The notes under the pieces: generated by a model
Databases searched by the model: none
Seen by the model: the letters and a program-made list of their open reading frames with translations, nothing else
What the model was told of the DNA's origin: nothing
Translations under genes and position numbers: made by a program
Assembly: GCA_050613775.1 (NCBI GenBank)
Contig: JBODTK010000145.1
Location: 248,001 to 312,000 of the forward strand
Source: Neocallimastix sp. 'constans'
Taxonomy: Eukaryota
Length of the DNA: 64,000 nucleotides
Direction: 5' to 3'
In this document: piece after piece, positions 40,413 to 53,516 of the stretch
How the letters are laid out: every line of letters begins with the position of its first letter
How positions within the stretch are numbered: position 1 is the first letter of the stretch

Positions 40413-42632
40413 ATGAGATTTTCAATTCCTATTACTTTATTAGTTTCTTTATTATTTACTAATAATAAAGTTTTAAGTAAACCTACTCAAGATATTGGAT
40501 TCGGTAGCAGTGAAAATGGTAATACAACCATTTTAATTAAAAAATCAACTATAGGAGGACTTCAATCCATCAGTGATATAAGGTATGTCGAATCACTTTC
40601 TGAAATTCAAAATCCCTATCGTGGTTTCTTCAAACAAATGAAAGTTACGCTAAAAAGAGACAATACTAAAAGTTCAACCGATTCCATTCCAGTTACCCCT
40701 TTAGTTCGTATACTGGTGGATATTTCTGATTTTCAAAATAACAGTTTAAGTAATAATGCTATCAACTATTTAAGAAATATTTTTGAAAATTTAAAGCAAA
40801 AGCAAAAAAGTATGGTTCTTAGATTTGCTTATGATCCAGGATATAAAGGGAAAGACACGAAGGAGCCTTCTATGAGTATGGTATTGAAACATCAAGAAGG
40901 GCTGAGACAACTTATAGAAGATTATGCCGATGCCATTGCTTCGGTTGAATGTGGATTATTTGGTGCCTATGGTGAAATGCATAGTAGTTCGGTATATACG
41001 GGGGATAAAGAAAGGAAAAAATATGTCATTAGTACCATTGACAAATGGTTAGAAGTTTTACCAAAATCCATTACTTTAAGTGTCCGAAAACCAGAATTTT
41101 ATTGTGATTGGAATAATGTTGATCAATCCAAAATTTCAGAAAATATTACGAAGGAAAAGCAATCCGCCTACCGCGTTGGTATCTATAATGATGGCTATCT
41201 TGCCTCCTACAGTGATCTCGGTACCTTTAAAAATCGAGATGAAGAAATTAAATGGTTATCGAATCAATCCAAGCATACATTATATGGAGGAGAATTTGGA
41301 AATTACAAGAAAAAGGAAATGAGAAATGTAGCTCACACAGCTAAATATATGGAAAAGGAAGCCTACCTTACCCATACAAGTTATTTAAATCTTGGATGGT
41401 ATAAGGATACCGTAGACGGTATGAAATCTGAAAACTATAGTGGTAAGGATCAAAGATATAAAGGTACGAGTGGATTCCAATTCATTGAAAATCATCTTGG
41501 TTATAGATTTGTAGTTCGTGGAGTTCGTCTCACCAAATCCGTTGAAAGTAATGGGTTATTTGGAATAGAAAGTGATATAGAAAATGTTGGATTTGCTAAT
41601 CTTATCAAACCAAAAACCATTGTTTTCATTATGGTTAATGGTAGTAACCGTTTTACCATTACTAATATGGAATCAGCCACTAACAGTAATCCAAGTCAAT
41701 GGGATTCTAAGACCACGACTACCTTTAAGAGTGAAATTCTTCTTCCTTCCAATATGCCTACAGGAAAGTATAAGGTATATTTAAGAATAGCTTCTGGTCG
41801 TAGTAGTAAAGGATTAAATGGCTATCCAATTAGATTTGCTAATGATGATAAGAATCTATGGAATGAATCCTTAGGAGCAAATTATCTTGGTGAATTTACT
41901 GTTGTAGGAAATTCAAAGAATAATGCTGTTAATACTAAGTCTAATACTAATACTAATGCTAATGCTAACTCAATTAATTCAAAAGCTAAGTCTACTGCTT
42001 CTAAGACTAAGACTACCACTCTTAATAAAGCCACCAAGACCGCAGCTAATAAACCAACTGTTAATGATACAACAGTAACCAATAACGCTGTCAGTCATAA
42101 ATCATCCTCATCAGCCTCAACATCCTCAACGTCAGCTTCTTCTAAAGCCACCAAATATTTAACTCTTAAATTCAAAGGAACTCTAAAAAATACCACTAAT
42201 TATTATTTAGGGGTATCTGAATTAAAAGAATCTGCCTCCTTCAATCTTCATAAGGAAGATAATGGTAAAAGTAATAAATATCGTACCTGGCATGTCACTT
42301 CCATGGATCGTCCATCCCTTCTCTATTTATCTGATGGAACTTATGGTAATCATGGTGAACCAAGTAACCTCTGTTTAGATTTGGGAGAATATAAAAGCAG
42401 TGACGGATATAACTATCTTAGAGTAGTGAAATGTAGTCAAGCTCAATATAAATTCATGTATGGAGGTAGCTACCGCAACTCTATTGATATATACAATAGA
42501 GATGGAGAAAAGCATCTTACGGATAAACAAGGTAATAAATTATGTCTATATTATTCAATGACACCACGTATTTCTAAATGTAAAAATCCAGAAAATAATC
42601 AAAACATAGGCTGGGAAAAACATACATTATAA
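40413..42632 (+). CDS. Secreted DUF4874/DUF4832-like putative glycoside hydrolase with a Ser/Thr/Asn linker and one C-terminal ricin-B-like module; paralog of 29053-32238
   Basis: Signal peptide. Motifs NPYRGF, LRFAYD, GLFGAYGEMH, RVGIYNDGYLAS, YGGE, SYLN, HLGYRF. The module from ~42155 aligns with the paralog's repeats. Confidence 0.87.
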   Translation: MRFSIPITLLVSLLFTNNKVLSKPTQDIGFGSSENGNTTILIKKSTIGGLQSISDIRYVESLSEIQNPYRGFFKQMKVTLKRDNTKSSTDSIPVTPLVRILVDISDFQNNSLSNNAINYLRNIFENLKQKQKSMVLRFAYDPGYKGKDTKEPSMSMVLKHQEGLRQLIEDYADAIASVECGLFGAYGEMHSSSVYTGDKERKKYVISTIDKWLEVLPKSITLSVRKPEFYCDWNNVDQSKISENITKEKQSAYRVGIYNDGYLASYSDLGTFKNRDEEIKWLSNQSKHTLYGGEFGNYKKKEMRNVAHTAKYMEKEAYLTHTSYLNLGWYKDTVDGMKSENYSGKDQRYKGTSGFQFIENHLGYRFVVRGVRLTKSVESNGLFGIESDIENVGFANLIKPKTIVFIMVNGSNRFTITNMESATNSNPSQWDSKTTTTFKSEILLPSNMPTGKYKVYLRIASGRSSKGLNGYPIRFANDDKNLWNESLGANYLGEFTVVGNSKNNAVNTKSNTNTNANANSINSKAKSTASKTKTTTLNKATKTAANKPTVNDTTVTNNAVSHKSSSSASTSSTSASSKATKYLTLKFKGTLKNTTNYYLGVSELKESASFNLHKEDNGKSNKYRTWHVTSMDRPSLLYLSDGTYGNHGEPSNLCLDLGEYKSSDGYNYLRVVKCSQAQYKFMYGGSYRNSIDIYNRDGEKHLTDKQGNKLCLYYSMTPRISKCKNPENNQNIGWEKHTL

Positions 42633-42638
42633 ATTTAA

Positions 42639-42669
<31 letters not shown>

Positions 42670-43633
42670 TTCTTATTTTTTATTTTATTTTTTATATTTA
42701 TAAGAAATAAAATCAAATAATGTTAATTAAATAATAAAATTTAAAAATTTAAATAAATTAAAAAATCAATAAACAAAACACAAAAATAAAAAAACAACTT
42801 TCACACATTCAAAAAAAATAAAACGAAAAAACAAAAAGAAAAGTAAAACAACAAAGCAAGTAAAATAAACAAAAGAGAAAAAGAAAAACAAAACAACAAA
42901 ATAAATAAAATATATAAAAAACAAAAGAAAAGCAAAATAAAAACCAAAAAAAAAAAATAAATAAATACCAAAAAACAAATATATATTAATTTAATAATAA
43001 GATATAAACTTTATTATTAAATCATGAATAAATAATAACAGGAATATAAATTAATATAGTCTCTATAGAATTTGAAAATTTTTTTTACAGAAAAAAAAAA
43101 AATTCCAATTTTTTTAAAAATTAAAAATATTATTAATTTTTATATACTGTTGATATATATATTTGTATTGATTGACTTATATATATATAATAAAAATAGA
43201 GGTATATAAATTTTTTTTTTTAAAAAAAAAATAATGAATAATCATAATTATAATTTTTTTTTTTAAAAAAAAAAATTATTTCTATTCTATTAATTCAACA
43301 TTGAATAGAAATACAACAATAGAAAAATAAAATAACCATATAGAATAAAATAATAATTAATTTTAAATATTATTATTTTATAATAGAAAATTAAAAAAAA
43401 AAAGAAAAAGAAAAAGAAGATTCTTTAAAAAGAAAAAATAAAAAATAAAATTAATTATACTATTAAAATTATTTCTATATAATTTTTTTTCTTTTTTTTT
43501 TTTTTTTTTTTTAAATTACAATAAAACGATAAAATAAAATTATATAGAAAATATATTTATATAGAAATATATAGATATATAAATAAAAAAAAAATATTAA
43601 AAGTTATATATATAATACATAAAGATATCAAGA

Positions 43634-43666
<33 letters not shown>

Positions 43667-44971
43667 TTTTGAAATATTAAATCTTTTTTATTAGTCATTT
43701 CTAAAACAAAAAAACAAAAAATTAAAATATAAATAAATTAAAAAAAAAAACATAAAAAATTAAAAAAAAAAAAAATAAAATAATAATATATATAATTTTT
43801 TTTTTAATTTTTTGTAATTAGTATATATTTTTATTCATCTATTAATCTATTAAGAAATGTAAAAAAAAAAAAAAAAAATAAAAAAAAAAAACATAAAAAC
43901 ATTAAAAAAATATGAAATAATTACTGGTATTGATTTATTGAATTAAAAAAATTAACTACAAAACTATATGAAACTTATAATATTTAGTATAAAATATTAT
44001 ATAATTGCAAAAATTATATTCCCTTATTTATAATATATTTTTTTTCATGGATTTAAATATAAATATATAGTTTTTTATTTATTTATTAATTGTTAAAATG
44101 TATTATATATTTTTATTAGAATTTGAATATATATATATATATATTTTTTAATAAAAAAGAAAAAGAAAAGTTTTTCATTTAATATCTTTTTTTTTTTTTT
44201 TTTTTTTTTTTCAATATATTTTTAATATTATTAAATAAAATTATTTTTAATTAAGGATCAAAATTTTTTTTTTTTTTTTTTTTATAACAATTCGTTATAA
44301 CCCTCTTAAAAATTATAATAAAAATTGAAAAACTTTTTAATATAAATATTATTTTTTAGACTTTTAAAATAAATAATTATAGTTTTTATAGTATTTAATA
44401 AAAAAAAATTCTTTATTTAATATTTTATGCAGTTTATTAACATTTTAAAGGGTTTAATACTTAAAAACTATTTTATATATATATATATTAATATTTAAAC
44501 TTTTATATAGAATTAATTAAAGTTTAAAATGCTTTATTTAATAATTAAAATATATATATTTAAAATAATATAAAAAATTTTTTTTTATAAAATTTAATTA
44601 ATTATTTTAGAATTAAAAAAAAAAAAAAAAAAATTATTTATAATGTCAAATTATAATAAATAACCTGTCAAAGAAAAGGTTTTATTTTCACTTTTATAAA
44701 TTTTTTCAATTGTATTGAATTTAATATATATATATATATATATATTTTATAATAAATATAAAATTATATTACAAAATAAAAAAAAAAAAAAAATTTTTTT
44801 TTTATTCAGTAGATTATATACTCCCATTTACCCATGAATGTATATCATTTTTATTATTTATGAAAATGCTATCAATAAAAATAAAATATACTAATAGGTT
44901 AACAAATAGATTACAATAAATAAATTAAATATATATTATATAGTTTACAAAAATCGAGATTTTATAGTTTA

Positions 44972-45019
<48 letters not shown>

Positions 45020-46026
45020 TTTGTTTGTTTGTTTGTTTGTTTGTTTGTTTGTTTGGTTCATTTTTTTTTTAATTCTTATTTTTATTTTTAAATGTAAATT
45101 CTAATAAAAATAAAAAAACTATATTTAAAATAAATATGGCATTTGAATTGAATCTGATGAAGAGTGTGGGATAATTAAAAAAAAATTGTCAGTAGTATCC
45201 CTTATCATCAAAAATAAGACAAAAAAATAAAATAAAATAAAATAAAATAAAATAAAAAAACTAATAATAATAAAATATATAAATAAAATATATACAAAAA
45301 ACATATTTGTTCCTTCTATTATAATTCAATATAAATATATAACAAAGTATTTTATAATTTATTTATTGTATTTTTTATTTATTTTTAATAATTTTTATTA
45401 TTATATAGAAATAAAAACTATGTTTAATATAATAGATTGTTTTTATATTATATAGAAATGAAAATTATTTAAAATATTATTATTATTAGTAGTAGTAGTA
45501 TTAGAATTTTTTTTTTTTTTTTTAAAAAAAAAAAAATAAATAATATAAATATATTTAATAATCATTAAATAAAAATAATGTATAAATATATACATATATA
45601 TAATATTATTCTTTTAATAAATATGAACTAAATAAATATGAAAATTGTATGAAATAATTAATGATATATTAATATTAAATAAAATTAAAATTTTAATTAT
45701 TTTTAAATATATATATGTATATAATAAAAAATATATATATATATACATATATAATATATATTTTTTTAAGGTCAATAATATTATATTATATAAAATGTTT
45801 TATTCATTGGAATAAGGTCAGTATATTGATATAATTACTATAAATTAATAATATAAAAAAAAAAACAAAAATATATATATATATAAAATTTATTATTTTT
45901 ATTAATAGTAATAGATGTTAACACTATTTTTATTGGCCTGTTTTGTTTTGTTTTGCTTATTATAGATTTTTTTTTTGAGGTGTATTTCATTTTTTATTTC
46001 CTTTTTTTTTTTTTTTTTAATTACTC

Positions 46027-47616
46027 TTATTTACAAACACCAAAGGCAGATTGACATCCAACACCACAGTGGGCACTGCTTGAACCACAGTAATCATATT
46101 TACTACAGCAGAGACCTGCTTCAGCACAAGCTCCTCCATACTTAATACCACATCTTCCAGAAACGGTTGCAATTGCTCTCTTAGTAGAAGTTGTTTTATT
46201 TGTTATTTTCTTTGTTGAAGTTTTCTTTGTTGAAGTTTTCTTTGTTGAAGTTTTCTTAGTTGAAGTCATTTTTGTTGAAGTTTTCTTAGTTGATGTTTTC
46301 TTTGTTGAAGTTATTTTTGTTGAAGTTTTCTTTGTTGTCTTTGCAGCTTCATTTGAAGTTTTATTACACTTACCATATCCTATTTGGCAACCTATATCAC
46401 AATGAGCCGAAGATGTACCACAGTAACCATATTTACTACAGCATTGGTCTGCTTTGGCACAAGCACCATATTCTGGACCACATCTTCCGGAAACGGTGGA
46501 CACTGACCTTAAAGTGGTAGTACTTTTTTTAATAGTAGTAGTACTACCTTTAATAGTGGTCTTATTTTTAGTTATTGTTGCTTTTTTTGTGGTGGTGGTG
46601 GTGGTTGGTGATAATTTGGAAGAAGAACAAATACCATATCCTATTTGACAACCTGTACCACAATGAGCCGAAGATGTACCACAGTAACCATATTTACTAC
46701 AGCATTGATCTGCTTTGGCACAAGCACCATATTCTGGACCACATCTTCCGGAAACGGTGGATACGGACCTTAAAGTGGTAGTACTACTTTTAATAGTGGT
46801 CTTATTTTTAGTTGTTGTAGCTTTTTTTGTGGTGGTGGTGGGGGTGGTGTTTGGTGATAAATTGGAAGAAGAACAAATACCATATCCTATTTGACAACCC
46901 GTACCACAATGTTCAGTAGATGTACCACAATAGTTATGTTTACTACAACATTCACCTTCCACTGAGCACGCACCGTAGGCTGGACCACATCTTCCTTTAA
47001 CAGTAGAAATTGGAATATTTCTGGAAGTGGTTTTATTAACTTTAGTTGTAGTAGAAGAACCCTTTCCAACACATTCATTTGATTGCATATATTTTTTCAT
47101 TTGAGAAATGTTGGACAGATTGATACTTGAAATTTCATATTTGTTTTTGTCTCCACTATTCCCAAGTTTGTATTTAGCATCTAAAAATTCAATATATTTA
47201 TTTCTACAATTTGATTGTTTACAAGTGGCTTCAATTATCTTTTTGACATTACTACTACTTTTAACGTCCTTACCAAAGAATATTTCACTAATTGAACATC
47301 TATTACCTTGGCTATCATTTTGACAAATTAAATCTAATAAAGCCTTTTTATAATTTAAAAGAATTAAATCATCAATTCGATATGAATTATCTAAACTAAA
47401 GCAGGATGGTACATATTTTTCTGGTTTATTAATATAATTTTGACATTTTGATGAATAAAAAGTATTACAATATTGATTAAGCTTACTTGATGAAATCTTT
47501 GTATAATCAAAAATGCAACCACTATACTCCTTTAATTCTGATTTACACTTATCTAGTGTAGAACCTAAAGCCATTGAGGCTGAGAACAAAGTTAAAACTG
47601 GTATAAAAATCTTCAT
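46027..47616 (-). CDS. Secreted protein with a Cys-rich N-terminal domain and four hevein-type chitin-binding (CBM18) domains separated by Thr/Lys-rich linkers
   Basis: Signal peptide MKIFIPVLTLFSASMALG. Four copies of GRCG..YG.C.....CCS...YCG....HC..GCQ..YG.C. KKTST pentapeptide repeats. Confidence 0.93.
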   Translation of the reverse strand: MKIFIPVLTLFSASMALGSTLDKCKSELKEYSGCIFDYTKISSSKLNQYCNTFYSSKCQNYINKPEKYVPSCFSLDNSYRIDDLILLNYKKALLDLICQNDSQGNRCSISEIFFGKDVKSSSNVKKIIEATCKQSNCRNKYIEFLDAKYKLGNSGDKNKYEISSINLSNISQMKKYMQSNECVGKGSSTTTKVNKTTSRNIPISTVKGRCGPAYGACSVEGECCSKHNYCGTSTEHCGTGCQIGYGICSSSNLSPNTTPTTTTKKATTTKNKTTIKSSTTTLRSVSTVSGRCGPEYGACAKADQCCSKYGYCGTSSAHCGTGCQIGYGICSSSKLSPTTTTTTKKATITKNKTTIKGSTTTIKKSTTTLRSVSTVSGRCGPEYGACAKADQCCSKYGYCGTSSAHCDIGCQIGYGKCNKTSNEAAKTTKKTSTKITSTKKTSTKKTSTKMTSTKKTSTKKTSTKKTSTKKITNKTTSTKRAIATVSGRCGIKYGGACAEAGLCCSKYDYCGSSSAHCGVGCQSAFGVCK

Positions 47617-50600
47617 TTTTTTTTTTTTTTTTTTTACTGTTTTATTATATAATTATCTTTTATAGTAAATTATACTATTTAATATAAATATCTCTTTATT
47701 TTATTTTATTATTTAATGTCAATATAATAATATTATTAGATTTTTAATAAATAGAAGGAAATAAAATATAAAATATAAAATATATATATATTTATAAATT
47801 TTATATAATATTCATAATATTTAATTTAAAGACTTTATTTTGTCAATGTCTAGTTGATGTCTCTGAATATAATAAATTATTAATATATTTTTAATTATAG
47901 TAATTCCTTTTATTAATTTATGATATTGTTTTTATTTTTCTTTTTATTATTAATATTATTATTGTTATTTGTTATTATTGTTATTTGTTATTATTGTTAT
48001 TTTAAATAAATTGTAAAATAATTAAAAAGAAAAAAAATGATTTTGATTATATTTTGTTTTTGATTATAATATATATTATTATTATTTGTATAAACTTTTT
48101 ATTATTCTTATTTTTATTTTTATTTTTAATTGACAATTAGTCAATAAAAGAATAATAACTAATTATATATAATTAATTATATATAGGAAAAATATAAAAA
48201 TATAAAAATATAAAAATAAAAATAAAAATAAAAATTATTAATAAAATAAAAAAGAAATCTTTTTTTCTTTTCTTTTTTTTTTTTTTTTTTATTTCTTTTA
48301 ATATTAAAAATTTAATTTAATATTAAATTTTTAATATTTAATTCAAATTTTAATTCAAATTAAATTTAATTATTATTATTTATTATTATTTATTATTTAT
48401 TATTTATTTATAATTATTATTATTTTTTATTTATTATTATTTTTTTTAAGAGTTTAAATTTTATAGTTTAAATTAACATTTATCTATTCATTCTTTTATA
48501 TAATCCTATTTTATTATTAATAATCATTAATACTTATTCATTCATTCACTTAATTTTATTGATGGATTAAATTAAAAAAAAAATTTATGGTTGGATAATA
48601 CATTTAATACATTTATTTATTTATTATTCAATTATTTATTATTTATTATTCAATTATTTATTATTCAATTATTTATTATTTATTATTTATTATTTATTAT
48701 TTATTATTTATTATTTATTATTTATTATTTATTATTTATTATTTATTATTTATTATTTATTATTTATTATTCAATTATTTATTATTTATTATTTATTATT
48801 TATTATTTATTATTTATTATTTTTTATTATTTATTATTTATTATTTATTATTTATTATTTATTATTTATTATTTATAATTAATTTGTATATATTATTTAT
48901 TAATACTATTTATTAATTTGTTTATATTATTTATTAAAATCATTTATTAATATTATTTATTAATGCTATTTATTAATGCTATTTATTCGTTTATACTATT
49001 TATTCTATTGGAATATAAAAGTAATGATAAAGTAATGTAGTTTATATATTATTAATATATTATTTCTATAGTGTATAATTGAAATACTTTGAATTGTTAA
49101 TAAAATAGTGTCAAAGATTGACTATGTAAAGAAAAACATTTTTATTTTATATAAATCAATATATAATATAATATAATATAATATAATGCTGTTTATATAT
49201 ATTATAGTTTACTTAACCCTATTTGTATTTATTATTGAATAAACATTAATATATCTATATTATATAAATTATTTATTTATTTAAATGCAATTATATTATA
49301 TTGGTTATATTAAAAGAAAAGATGTAGAGTAACTTTTTTTTTTTTTTTATCTATATATCAATCCATCTATATTTATTATTTATTATTCCATTATTTATTA
49401 TATTTATTATTTATTAATAAATACTCTTTTTTATTATTTATTATTTATTATTTATTATTTATTATTATTATATTATTTATTTATTATATAATATATATTA
49501 TATAATAAATAATATATTATATTTAATATTTATTTTTGATTATTGATGGTTGATTATTGATTATTTATTTAATAAATATTCTTTTTATTAAAAGTATATT
49601 TTTTTTATTTTAAAAATATTATATATTTTTTTTTTCAATAGTTATATTTATTGAAATTTTATTTATTTTAATTGATCAATGTAAATATTTAATTATTAAG
49701 TGTTTTTTTTTATTATTACTATGTTCTTTAAACTCTGGAATGACTTTTATTTTTATTATTTCATATTATTTTCTTTTCTTTACTTTTACTTCTTTTTTTT
49801 TTTCTTTTTTTCATTACAATCGAGGTGGAAATAATAAAGGAAAAAAAAAATTATATTAAATTTTTAACATTATTTTTTTTTTACAACAGAATCATCTTTT
49901 ACATTACATTAAATTAAAAAATTTATTTTTTTATTTTTTAAAAATTTTATTAAATTTTTTTTATAAAATAGTTTAATGTAATGTAATGTAATACAATGTA
50001 ATTATATTAAATATCTATTATATTTGTGTACCTTATTATATATTAGATTGTATTTTAATATATGGATGAAAATAATATTTATTTTTTAGTTAAGTTTTCT
50101 TCTGTAAAAAAAAAAAGTTATTTTTTATAATATTTAAAGTTTATATTTAAGTTAAGTGCAGAATTCTATTGTAATTATAAAAAAAAAATATAATTTTATA
50201 CAAATAAGGTTATTAATAATGAAAACTATATTTTATATCTACATTTATACCTTATAACACGTGAATGCATGAAAGTAGTAATAAAAGTATGATAGAATTA
50301 CATATTTAAATATAAAAGCATTTTTTAATTAATATTTTTTTTTTTTTTTAAATGTAATATTAATATTTTATTTTACTAAAAAATAATATTATTATTAGAT
50401 GTATATATATATAAATATAAAGAAAAAAATAAAATAAAAAATCTATTTATTTAAAAGTCTTACTAATTTAAGGTTTTATATATTAAAATAAACAAATAAA
50501 CAAAATATTAATTCTAACTCAATTTTCATGTACTAAAATTCTTTAATATAAAAATATTAATATTATTATTATTATTTATAAACAATTTATAATAATAATT

Positions 50601-52347
50601 AATAAGTTAATTAAATTTTATTTTTTTAAATTAAATCTTTATTTTCATTATTTATTTAATTATTTAATTATTTATTATTTAATTATTCATTCATTCATTC
50701 ATTTAATTTCTTATTATTTAATTATTTTAATATTCATTCATTCATTTATTCTATTATTTTTTAATTATTTATTTTATAATTATTTATTATCAATTTTTTT
50801 CAAATAAATATATATATTTATTTATGATTGTCAATAAATAAGTACTTAATAAATAAAGTAATACTTTAATAAATTTATAATAAAAATTAATAAAAAAAAA
50901 TATATATATATATATAAATATTATCTTTGTTAATATTAGAGCTTAATTATTATCATTATCAATCATTAGATATCTATTACTGTTATATTTATTAATAAAT
51001 TATTTTTATTAGTTCTATCAAAAACATCGATAGAGTATTTATTATCGTTTTAATTATGACTGAAATTAATTAATAGCAATTATTATATATATATATTTTT
51101 ATTTATTTTTTTTTTTTTTTTTTGAAACTTAATTTTATATACATTTATCATGATAAGAATAGAATAATATAGTTTATTTTGAGCTTTGATATTGATTTTA
51201 TGTTTCTTTTATTATTATTATTAATGCCCTTTTTTTTATTAATTAATTAATGAATTTTAATTAATAAAAAAAATAAAAATAAGATTTCGTTAATATGAAA
51301 TTCTGCTATTAATATTATGATTGAATGTCAGTCACTCACACATCTCTCTTTTTTGATCTCTTTGATATTTAATGAATTTTAATTATTATATTTATTAAAT
51401 AGGTATGGAATTAACTAAAAAAATAAAAAAATAAAAAAATAAAATAAAAAATAAAAAATAAAAAAATAAAAAAATATAAAATAAAAAATATAAAATATAT
51501 AAAATAAAATAAAATAAACAGTAAAGTAATAAAAAAGAGTTAAAGTATTAATAAAATTAAATAGAATTTTTTTTATATCACTAATTATGAATTATTATTT
51601 TATTTACTGTGTGATTAAGATATAAGATTGGCTAGGAATGGAATGACTTGGACTAAACTATGTCAACTTTTTTAAAAATGGTCATTACAAAAGTATTAAA
51701 ATATAAAATAAGTAGATAATTATATATATAAATAAATAATAAATAAATATAAATAAATAAATAAATAAATAATTAACTATAAATAAATAAATATAAGTAA
51801 ATAAATAATTATAAATAAATATATAAATATAAAATAAATAAATAATTATAAATAAATAAATATATGTAAATAAATAATTATAAATAAATAAATAAATAAA
51901 TATAAGTAAATAAAATCAGATAGTTTTAATATTGATTTAATCATCTATTATTAAAATCTACTAATAAATAGATAAAGTAAAAATAAAGTTTTCTATTTAT
52001 TAATCAATTATAGTGAGTTTATTTACTTTTATTAGACAAAATCATTCCATAAAAATAGCTATATTAATATATATATACATATATATATACATATATATTG
52101 TAATTTATATTTATGATTTAAATTTTTTATTTAATTCCATACCTATTTAATAAATATAATAATTCAAATCTATTAAATATCAAAAAGATCAAAAAGTGAT
52201 ATATGACATACATTTATATATATTTATAATTAAAATTATTAAAACTTAAAACATTTAAAAAAGAAATAAAAGTATAATTAAATGATAATATTAATATTAA
52301 TATATATATTTATAATTGATATTATTTATAATCTTTCTATTAATATA

Positions 52348-52379
<32 letters not shown>

Positions 52380-52400
52380 TTTTATAATTATTATTATTTA

Positions 52401-52468
<68 letters not shown>

Positions 52469-52469
<1 letters not shown>

Positions 52470-52656
52470 GTTAGCTTTATTAAATTTAGATCTATAATAA
52501 TATTCCTTATGGAATATGGTATACAAGGGAAATAAGTGTATGATCATAATACATTTAAGTAATCATTAAATATAAATAAATAAATACACATAAATATAAA
52601 TAAATACTATAAATAAATAAATTAAATATATAGTTAAATTATGAGTGCAGTCAACA
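52469..52656 (-). repeat. Putative 3' LTR of the Copia element (~188 bp)
   Basis: Starts TGTTGA after the PPT. The likely end is CTAACA, abutting a (TAT)n tract. The partner LTR would lie outside the window. Confidence 0.6.
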
Positions 52657-52676
52657 CTCCCCCTCAAATAATATTT

Positions 52677-53411
52677 TTAGATAAAAATGTTGTTTGTAAA
52701 TTTTTGTATCTTTGGTCCATTTGAGTCCTTGGTTAATATGTCCGCTAGCATGTTTTCAGTATCAATATATTCTAATTTTACTTTCTTCTTTGCAATATTG
52801 TCCCTGTTGACACTTATATGCTTTAATTTTGTATTTATTTCTCCGTTCTCCATTATTTTCTTACTTGCTTGATTATCTGTATAGATTTTAACAGTTATCC
52901 ATTTGTTTAAAATTTCTTTTATTATATTTCTAATCCATAATATTTTCTTTATATTTTCGGAAGTGCTTATGTACTCTGCTTCAGCAGTAGACGTAGCAAC
53001 ACTTGTTTGTTTCTTGGACAACCAGCATATCGGACTTGTTCCCATAAGTATTATTTCTCCTGAGGTAGATTTTCTATCTTCCAAACAGCCGGCAAAGTCA
53101 GAGTCGGTATATGCAACAAGCTCCCCCTTTCCATTATATTCTATCTTAAATTCTTTGGTACTATTAATATATTTTAGAATATTTATTATTTTGTTCCAAT
53201 CCGATATAGTTGGATTTTCACATTTTCTTGAAGCTTTATTTACAGCGAAAGCTATGTCAGGTCTAGTACATTTCGAAAGGTATATTAAGGAACCTATTGC
53301 GCTTTTGTAGATTGTTTTATCGAAAGGTTTATTGTTTTCTGATATTTTATTATCACCAGTACATGGTGTTTTTCTTTTCTTTGTATTATCAATATTAAAT
53401 TTATATAACAT
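52677..53411 (-). CDS. pol: Copia pol fragment: RT C-terminus and RNase H
   Basis: YKSAIGSLIYL, TRPDIAFAV, YTDSDFAG, RKSTSG, STAEAEY, ADILTK. Confidence 0.85.
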   Translation of the reverse strand: MLYKFNIDNTKKRKTPCTGDNKISENNKPFDKTIYKSAIGSLIYLSKCTRPDIAFAVNKASRKCENPTISDWNKIINILKYINSTKEFKIEYNGKGELVAYTDSDFAGCLEDRKSTSGEIILMGTSPICWLSKKQTSVATSTAEAEYISTSENIKKILWIRNIIKEILNKWITVKIYTDNQASKKIMENGEINTKLKHISVNRDNIAKKKVKLEYIDTENMLADILTKDSNGPKIQKFTNNIFI

Positions 53412-53516
53412 ATTATTTATAAAATTTTTTTGTGAAATAATATATGAATTATTTTCTTTCTTTACTTCAATTCCTAATATGTATTCAATTGGATCACATT
53501 TAGATATTTTAAATTT

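Noticed and set aside
45155..45210. CTGATGA hammerhead-like core
   Set aside because: No stem II followed by GAAA.
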